From a virus (Duplodnaviria; Caudoviricetes), in IMG/VR virus record IMGVR_UViG_3300032332_001787, positions 128,001 through 192,000 of that record: a stretch of 64,000 nucleotides of DNA. One strand, given 5' to 3'. The notes under the pieces are model-generated. The model saw only the letters and a program-made list of their open reading frames with translations, was not told the origin of the DNA and searched no databases. The position numbers and the translations under genes were made by a program. Positions 59,701-64,000 of the stretch are shown one piece after another. The first letter of the stretch is position 1, and each line of letters begins with the position of its first letter.

Positions 59701-62700
59701 TCATTCTTTTGCTGAGCTTCTTGAATTTTATTCAGAGCCGTCGAAGCAATGTCGGTATTCTCTGCTAAATTTTTTAAAGCATCATAATTTTCTCTTAATG
59801 CAACATTAGTATTTCTTAAATTATTTTGCATACGAACAAAATCATCAGCTCCTTGTGGACCTCTTTGACGAGCTATGTCTGATGATCCCTCTTGAGCTTT
59901 TCTAGTATTATCTAAACCTAAGATTTGATTAGCTATATCTTGTGGTCTTGTTGGGCCGCCTGTTTGTTGAGCAGTTGTGGCTTCTACATTTCTTCTAACA
60001 TCCGATACATCTATAGTTTTGCCTAAAGTTTTTGCTAATTCTAGCTGTCCATCTGTTAGGATTTGAGTTGACTTTCTCAATTTTTCGTTGGTGTCTATTT
60101 GAAGATCAGCTAATTCATTCATTCTAGTAGAATAATTATTTAAAGCATTCTGCCAATTTTCCAAAGCTTTGAGAGCGACTTCTTGCGCTCTCTTACTGCT
60201 TTCTATAACTTTAGATAATTGAGGTATTTTTTCCACTAATTGAGTAAAATCGACTTTATCATCTCCACTCTTTCTCATATCTTCTAGAGCTTTAGATACT
60301 TCTCCTGATAATTTGCTACTTATATCTGGTGGAAGCTGTAATGAATCTAATTGTTCTTGAACAGCTTTTTGTATAGCAAATCCCATTTTCTCATTATTCG
60401 ATTCTGGATTTTTTCTAATAGTATTATTAATAGTTGATAGTATACTACTCTCTAAATTGCTTCCTATGCTTAATAATCCTTTCATAACATTAGTACTACC
60501 ACTAAACATGCTAGCAGCTTGAGATCTAGCAGAGTTATTTTCTGCTCCAGAATAAGCATTAGGGTTTTGTAGCACATTCATGCTATTTAATGAACCTGAA
60601 CCAATTTTAGCTTCACCCTTTAGTGAAGATGAGGCTAAGTCTAGATCTCTAGACATCTGTTCTAGTCCAAAATTAGTTTTATTAATAGACTGTTCCATAT
60701 TCTGAAACATTCTTTCCAAACTACGAGCAAAATTACTAGTTGAATTTTCTAATGATTTCATAGCAGCTTCTCTTTCCGCTATAGCTGCCTGTTTGCGAAT
60801 AGCTGCTTCTGCATGCATACCAATAACTAAATCTTGTCTTGCTTTTTTCTCATCTGCTGTTAAATCTATATTATTATTAATAGATTGAATTTGTGCATTA
60901 ACTGACTTATCCGCCATAGCCAAAGAAACAGCAAATTGATTAACATCAGTACCAGCTCCTTTAAATTCTGTAATCAAATCACTAATATTAGCTCCGCCCT
61001 TCGCTTTATTTGTAATTAATTTATTAATATTTTCTGCTACTGGAGTAAATTGTTTCGCAGACTCTTCGGCTCTTCCTGGTATTAAATCTTGCACATAGCT
61101 TGATCTTGTTTGTTCAGCTTGGATATTACCAGTCATTTCACTAGCTTTTTTACCTGCTATCAAATCCTGGATACCTTGAAGTAATCCGCCCTGATTGCCC
61201 ATAACCTGACCAAAACCAGTAGATGCAAAATAGGCCCCTATTCCTTTTTTATCCAGAATATCTGCTCTATCGGCAGCAGCAGACTGACTACTAATCCCTT
61301 CTTTTTCATTACTTCCAAAAGAATCTAACATATTCACCCAAAATGTCTTGGCCATTTTACTATTAATATCCATACTAGCTTTAGCCATGTTGGCAGCTTC
61401 AGCAAGTTTAGATGTTATAGTTCTTTGAATATTAATATCTTTTATATCTTTTTCTAATTTGACAAACTCTAAAGCTGTTTCTTCTAAAGCACTATTTAAT
61501 TTATTTTGTATCATCTTTTTCTCAAAAGCCAATGCTGCATTTTTGGCATCAATAAAAGCCTGACCGACAGCAGCAGCAGCAACAGCGGCGACTCCAAGAG
61601 ATCCGGCCAATTTACCCAATCCTGGAAGCATATCCTTTACACCTCCTCCAATCATAGCCCCAGTAGCTAGCATATTAGTGCCACCTTGCAATCCAGCTGA
61701 TAACTGAGCATTGCTGGAACTACTTTCAGCATTAATATTTTGAGCTATTAAACTGCCTATCATCTGAACACCAAAAGCAGCACCCATCATGCCTTGTCCA
61801 CTCATTCTACCACCGGATCCTGGACCACCAGAACCCCTAGTTTCATTTAGTGTTGCTCTTCTAGTATCAGCTTCTTGTTTAGCTAATCTACGAGCTTCTT
61901 GTAAAATTCTATTTCTGTCTCCACCAAAACGTCCCTCTGCTGTGAGTTGTGTTCTTAATTCGCCTCTTCTTCTAGCTTCAAAGGCTCGGTTCATTTGCTC
62001 AAATGTTCTTGGATCTCCCATAGCAGTATTAATATATTGTCTAAGGTCATTACCGCTTAGCCCTGCTGTCTGTGTTGGTGATAATCCTGCTGTTCGAGCT
62101 GCTCTTCCATATGAAACGCTTTCTGCTCGTCTCATAAAATTTTCATCAACTTCACCTCCCCTTGCTTGACGTCTTTGAACCATAGCTTGTAAATTTTGCT
62201 GTGCGTTATGATCTATTGTTTCTAATTGACGGCCACTAACTCCGGATAATTGTCTTTGAGCCCTGACTTGAGTTGCTGCTTGCTGTCTCATATTAGCAAG
62301 TCTTGTTTCAGCTTCTATAACAGTTTGCATCGGAGCACCAGAAACTCTTAATCTTAAAATATCAGCTTCATATGCATTGATAGCTGCTCTAGAACTAATT
62401 TGTCCACCTTTGCGAATAATTTCAGCAGATGATGATGATGTTACTCCTAATTGAGTTAATGCTTCTGTTATTTCATTTAATTGAGTAACCACACCATCTG
62501 TAATGCGAACATTCTCTAAAGAAGCTTGTGCTCCTGGTCTAGCTGGCACTCTTGGACCACCACCTAAGAAAAATCTTTGAACAGCTCCACCAGATGAGAA
62601 TTGTTGAACACCAATAGCACCGCCATCACTAAGTCCTAAAGCTTTTGTTGCAGCTGCGCGAATTATGAAGCTACCTACTGGTAAACCTATTGGCCCAATA

Positions 62701-64000
62701 CTATCGCTAGTTCCTGTTCCCGGACCTTTAAAAACACTAATGCCTCCACCAGCAAATGATCTCATGCCATTACGATCTGCCCGATTCATTTGTCTTAATT
62801 TAGAATATCCTATATTTTTTGCTAACTCTGGAGGAACATAAGCTTCTCCAGAGCTAACTAGTGCTGGAACAGTATCAGTTGCGTCTCCTCCAGTTGAATA
62901 TCCCTTAACATTTTTAAGATAAGTAACAATGTTGTCTTTTATGGTTGATGGACCAGCTAGTGTTCTTTTAACATCAGTTGGTATATTAGGAGGTAGTTTT
63001 GGTTCAAATTTTTGTGAGACTCTACCAAGCCCAGTCATAAAATCAAATCCATTACCCTTTGGTGATCCTACTGCTCCTAGTCTTCTTATAAATGCTTCTA
63101 ATAAATTGCCTTTAAGTGATTCTATATTTTCTAATGATTGTGTGTTTTCTTTTAATTTTTTAACTCCTCTATATCTATAAACATCAATTCCTTCATCGGC
63201 TCTTTGTTTAGCAGCGTTTATGTTTCTTTTGTCGTCGTCAACAAAAATAGATCCTGGAGTTAGTTCTGCCGCTTTTAGCTTGGCAATATCTGATCCCGAA
63301 ACGGTGGGACCGCCCAACCCTTTAAATTGACTATCTGTTATTGGTAAGCCTTTACTGCTTAACCATGTTTGAATTAAGGGGAGCGTTGCTTTTGGTCTAG
63401 CTGTTATTACTCGTATATTTTTTAATAGCTCTGGTTTTTTACCTACTAAAGAAACTAATTGACGACCTAGTACGCTTAATTTGGCTTTACCCAGAGCCTC
63501 AGTTACTTTGGGAATATCAGAGAATTCACTAAATCTTGGTTTTTTGGGATCTGCTAAAATTTTATCAGCACCAAAAGCTAATGTTCTATCGAAATCCAGA
63601 GCTAATTCTCTACCAGACTCAAATCCACTTAATACTGATCTGACCTTTTTCTTTTGATAAATTATTTCTGCTCTTTTTTCTTTTTTAGCCTGTGCCATTG
63701 GTATAGTATCAACAGCCTTATCAAAACTAGAATCTATACTACTAGCTCTTTTTTGATTTTTATATACTCCACTATAAATGCTAACAGTATGTTGTTTATT
63801 TGGATCTTTTAATTTGCTGTCTTGTATAGTTTGAATTACTGGCTGGGCTGCAAATGCACTGCCAAATAGTCCAGCAGCACCAAATACTAATCCTTTAGCT
63901 GTTGCTTTATTTTGTTTTCTTGTTTGACTAGCTTCTTTTTTGCTTGCTAATGCAGCTTTTTGTTTAGTAAATTCTGCTATAATAGCAGCTTTGCTTGCTG
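50748..64000 (-). CDS. Giant tape-measure-like protein (>4,400 aa, 5' end outside window) with repeated gpH-C-like modules and HAD and EF-hand inserts
   Basis: I checked 63699-64000 codon by codon and found no in-frame stop, so the track's ATG at 63698 is internal. It has long Ala/Gln-rich helical stretches, Gly/Ala hydrophobic segments and repeated [FY]xxGG/GEFVV modules, and lies upstream of the tail-type genes. Confidence 0.8.
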   Translation of the reverse strand, partial: ASKAAIIAEFTKQKAALASKKEASQTRKQNKATAKGLVFGAAGLFGSAFAAQPVIQTIQDSKLKDPNKQHTVSIYSGVYKNQKRASSIDSSFDKAVDTIPMAQAKKEKRAEIIYQKKKVRSVLSGFESGRELALDFDRTLAFGADKILADPKKPRFSEFSDIPKVTEALGKAKLSVLGRQLVSLVGKKPELLKNIRVITARPKATLPLIQTWLSSKGLPITDSQFKGLGGPTVSGSDIAKLKAAELTPGSIFVDDDKRNINAAKQRADEGIDVYRYRGVKKLKENTQSLENIESLKGNLLEAFIRRLGAVGSPKGNGFDFMTGLGRVSQKFEPKLPPNIPTDVKRTLAGPSTIKDNIVTYLKNVKGYSTGGDATDTVPALVSSGEAYVPPELAKNIGYSKLRQMNRADRNGMRSFAGGGISVFKGPGTGTSDSIGPIGLPVGSFIIRAAATKALGLSDGGAIGVQQFSSGGAVQRFFLGGGPRVPARPGAQASLENVRITDGVVTQLNEITEALTQLGVTSSSSAEIIRKGGQISSRAAINAYEADILRLRVSGAPMQTVIEAETRLANMRQQAATQVRAQRQLSGVSGRQLETIDHNAQQNLQAMVQRRQARGGEVDENFMRRAESVSYGRAARTAGLSPTQTAGLSGNDLRQYINTAMGDPRTFEQMNRAFEARRRGELRTQLTAEGRFGGDRNRILQEARRLAKQEADTRRATLNETRGSGGPGSGGRMSGQGMMGAAFGVQMIGSLIAQNINAESSSSNAQLSAGLQGGTNMLATGAMIGGGVKDMLPGLGKLAGSLGVAAVAAAAVGQAFIDAKNAALAFEKKMIQNKLNSALEETALEFVKLEKDIKDINIQRTITSKLAEAANMAKASMDINSKMAKTFWVNMLDSFGSNEKEGISSQSAAADRADILDKKGIGAYFASTGFGQVMGNQGGLLQGIQDLIAGKKASEMTGNIQAEQTRSSYVQDLIPGRAEESAKQFTPVAENINKLITNKAKGGANISDLITEFKGAGTDVNQFAVSLAMADKSVNAQIQSINNNIDLTADEKKARQDLVIGMHAEAAIRKQAAIAEREAAMKSLENSTSNFARSLERMFQNMEQSINKTNFGLEQMSRDLDLASSSLKGEAKIGSGSLNSMNVLQNPNAYSGAENNSARSQAASMFSGSTNVMKGLLSIGSNLESSILSTINNTIRKNPESNNEKMGFAIQKAVQEQLDSLQLPPDISSKLSGEVSKALEDMRKSGDDKVDFTQLVEKIPQLSKVIESSKRAQEVALKALENWQNALNNYSTRMNELADLQIDTNEKLRKSTQILTDGQLELAKTLGKTIDVSDVRRNVEATTAQQTGGPTRPQDIANQILGLDNTRKAQEGSSDIARQRGPQGADDFVRMQNNLRNTNVALRENYDALKNLAENTDIASTALNKIQEAQQKNEGKVGFIEKLVTSTPEEFNSLNAAFGRLQNNIRGQVNTIQNSQSAQKAYAEALNNGASGFEAMKAAQVAFANDRKETLSALKDVMPFLGDNKQANNIKANVLESMLQESGQGVSPVFQQILNTLRNPQADPETQAAMQQYQQAINTQSDANKQLAMLNNNLASQIANKSAEALAEALTKSKVTFENKELSDIAANVKAIENKLGDKPVPAAGKASGGIIYAAAGMNVDFAPKGTDTVPAMLTPGEFVVNRAATQANLPLLQSINSNKFSSGGKVSYYADGGYVSDFMKTTSRDSDNFNLTQDSYLDLNKNNKLIDNASEKALAGPQIFTRLQRNGLNKTPKNTFGFIDFKTDNIWDNSGEIVAGVTAPIRVTDRFDGGTTAKYTALDKSSKDLAEFKPILTDKLLVGRENLEVSKVSKIEAANYSTKLRAKYPTLSLDKLNLGNELDSIGDFPSSVEPSTLTHSEYNPNGKIRHRAGLYFGSPPPVPSVDFNNAPMNKIWQSSTYFGMGHVDAVSASEPSYDIGDYAGKKFGPSSAIKYNILYYPGISSNSPDSKYLKNRSQIDSLIEKHNENKNIIAQALDFDDTRVKFDQSVNGSYDKLMQSFSALYNGTSSHEDLTGEVDLLKTFAPLGKPRTLFVFPNTPYINSTLQDTVESLNLDQAKANGVQFAIDKKDPGLKNKELTQLYNLFDVTSTVAGGAPKHFPWMMNIDLDSLGKNFEEKAKEDVVNKMKNGPIKKQSLGFKMDKLSIPVGGKNLDLNYGVEYTKYSAPLWDEKTRSFSKDPARQLKDIFIPEPNKSPLDIFQQLEIDKKRIYNSSEFTPGDLLNKVQAIPLLDQYYNALINNDQTKQDNLSKQIKANDIISFSNALGLASNAPDAMNSLIFNDVIPRGANLEVGDWLINAIKDLSSATKNTATRAAKSIDNPNQLADIIGGNPGEIKDTVQKLAKGALGVFGRRKIPGFGSGWAFRYLRGVPGFGARPLKDDDMGKQAAAYASNVFNEAGAYASRLFYMARSPQQYNSIKEAYGLLAGATSAFGGIAGGNTRFIKTLLDNGDMESLFRSLGASANFQKAASRELSSDFKATLGQSLKGSKIRTIGADGSLTYEDFTNQVPKTYAELVDLGLNPYNEFTNIDTRRNIISKLRTDISQGKDSLGMPFYDPQTASYIDNALGSLLTWYSGGIVGWPGQDYFYDKNLPEKDRTDAVIQAIKSGRADQVRDNANLANSQLGVSAKYGQLPSAEWFEARQMAEPQMRANGGMIYAANGQMVNFQPRGTDTVPAMLTPGEFVINREATQKNLPLLKAINNGNHYSTGGIVNYLARGGLTVKKDFMPMDRAKYFNGYDTNKDGVLDDKEYTAKGTIFDYLDFRGNKDGKISVQELDSYNAAYDHHIQEYLSAAAKTKYAKLDPQKQKLGTSSLEFIQTYEAANKIKYGDRKISRNTLEEQFYSGDPNYPFTQGTIDREALIQKQTLGFKPMNWDWKAFGYGIASKAIPGLLSLGLGGLGFIAGNIAGPVVGVGGAVAGGLAGDQLGQYLNQEIYKMLPSSMKTDIEEKIKKNPEAYAAGQWTGFAAEIAGGSVADNAISKAVATITTKKLSKQVVAEAIKSGDSSLTRLMAVGSDVIPPENAVAKFADDLGSQAGSNSRKVVGGRRSIRQKIGDAVEDYNRRRTARSVAPAALERLAEIQSKFNSNIGDAYNIAIKRKYDSLAVGDVASALQTLGDVRSKAAQFHFDDLLKSSPDYIDPALLTKLTDNSPLYIAAQAQTKETFARLGIDVSGDFSKLDANKMFDDYFNKEYDILNATPSNPAAAAKRQQILDDVAHQYGIKPDDLAQIRKQLDDVVVKPKRGRFASINGLTQTAFVVRDILAARQSQRSIPAARPLQRPDEKQAKPQMPKSENPVTEFSAQEGSDGSKEPFSAIMIPAANNSKLDYYDELTYKEYLASLISSGKSPEQPIKNKFITPAFYTNDKTDSRNNIRVTAYDTRRPKNLLGDEKQINEGASDQLEITRLAGSIYGETNNAFKELSDYNQLKLIESPDEATQQTSKKTLGIMQTSYGAAITSLTELSKLINLSKTGNRSIMIGEKQDILVNIDDMVGKLQTLKTNYYSEVLAKGEPLTKINDSILDQFDKPFIRTNAEGKEVSPPEGGYSGKQVREARMDSDQKVRGMSGIETQYQNSYKYYRRILGEYNYHQNIGKGDKYAKGQKTTSSVSYKGQNSPRRMYTGGIVYASEGTLVNFQPRGTDTIPAMLTPGEFVVNAKATKANLSLLKSINSGGTKQYATGGVVYLAEGGRAFDNVLSQIQIDLSDIVGAQYNPAYADKIKQNIKDRESKGVRRVEKTIKNKETGKYETVGEEVKTDEKIKKEKEARDTANKQKIEEYEKFDKQRQTYLNEIIQNKPRQEQAIELADNIREKLRIMKTEFIAQIEEKVKNEAQKLGISLSELFETNTMAKAEWDFIKGKDVEPIGDIETFVKDIKNIISSHSIIKGMGGDSVNIKSISAENINTPNGRRLYYTEVKAKEIKQKNDSGVDGILPDDYRYFVIGNTEKVEGPLSLKPKQMSTGGIVYASNGMLIPYEPKGTDTVPAMLTPGEFVVNRSATQANLPLLKAINNGQTKAYSKGGVVYLAAGGETAQRDKALSQSPAGQLILTIKQQAESNKTLFEALDSSAFSNISSGDLEKKYNDVWSKLDADARYNAAKTQFTQDKKRVDYLTGVYSNASSAYATLKGNQLAVNTKIGDINILQLLKGQEAAMSEAKAIHEAWVSLAQKYPEFRADIGQGGTQAAGTGAVAGTPPTPEKGADKPPEKEPVNKRYGGMVYAAAGGNILPFTPISRGTDTVPAMLTPGEFVVNRTSTQRNLPLLQAINNNRYANGGQVGKVNYLYRGGQPTDETGGGGGVSTGGGSASPNTDGLSQFTATFQSFIDQLKNINPVINLKGEHNVNVNFNGAQYLALMDESIRKIVLSEVNAAMGDLHRDTEGAVGKRR
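51048..62900 (-). repeat. Dispersed ~70-aa intragenic repeat (core GTDT[VI]PAMLTPGEFV[VI]N)
   Basis: Cores at 51162-51203, 51927-51968, 52941-52982, 55842-55883 and 58965-59006. Degenerate copies at about 62667-62727 (GTGTSDSIGPIGLPVGSFII) and 62835-62900 (ATDTVPALVSSGEAYV). Confidence 0.95.

Noticed and set aside
2672-63180. The many 60-126-aa ORFs antisense to or nested in long genes (e.g. 21546-21914, 58984-59283, 61789-62169)
   Set aside because: They are shadow frames of well-supported genes, with no RBS or motif support. Similar peptides such as those at 51154, 52873 and 58984 only mirror the repeat on the opposite strand.
1-64000. Stop-codon reassignment, as seen in some large phages
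   Set aside because: Conserved genes are full length in code 11, and TAA, TAG (4088, 19203) and TGA (1494, 19892) all end genes at sensible positions.
1-64000. tRNA, rRNA, CRISPR array or diversity-generating retroelement
   Set aside because: Intergenic gaps are all under about 80 nt with no cloverleaf or repeat-spacer pattern, and I saw no reverse transcriptase motifs. This was by eye only; tRNAscan-SE was not run.

Overview
This is an AT-rich, densely coding segment of a large tailed dsDNA phage genome read in the standard code, in two convergent blocks meeting at about 30930. The + strand block (1-30925) carries glycosylation island 1 (two GT2, a GT17-like enzyme, a SAM methyltransferase); nucleotide metabolism (nrdB/nrdA with class Id-like residues, dUTPase, PhoH, dNMP kinase); an HNH nuclease; RecA, DnaB, primase and a PD-(D/E)XK nuclease; a DnaE-type polymerase split into two genes without an intein, with a DEDDh exonuclease between the halves; SSB; glycosylation island 2 (two GT4 plus apparently degenerate sugar-enzyme folds); a free-standing endonuclease; an SSAP-like protein; and a membrane-anchored YfaP/DUF2135-like protein. 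The - strand block (30935-64000) is a tail-type module of very large ORFs. It is led by a >4,400-aa tape-measure-like protein that runs off the window end. This protein is punctuated by five complete and two degenerate copies of a module resembling the lambda gpH C-terminus (GTDTVPAMLTPGEFVVN) and carries a HAD phosphatase domain and an EF-hand pair, making it the best candidate for an undescribed system (a tape-measure cargo polyprotein). I found no tRNA, rRNA or CRISPR array. All family calls come from reading motifs by eye; no database search was run.
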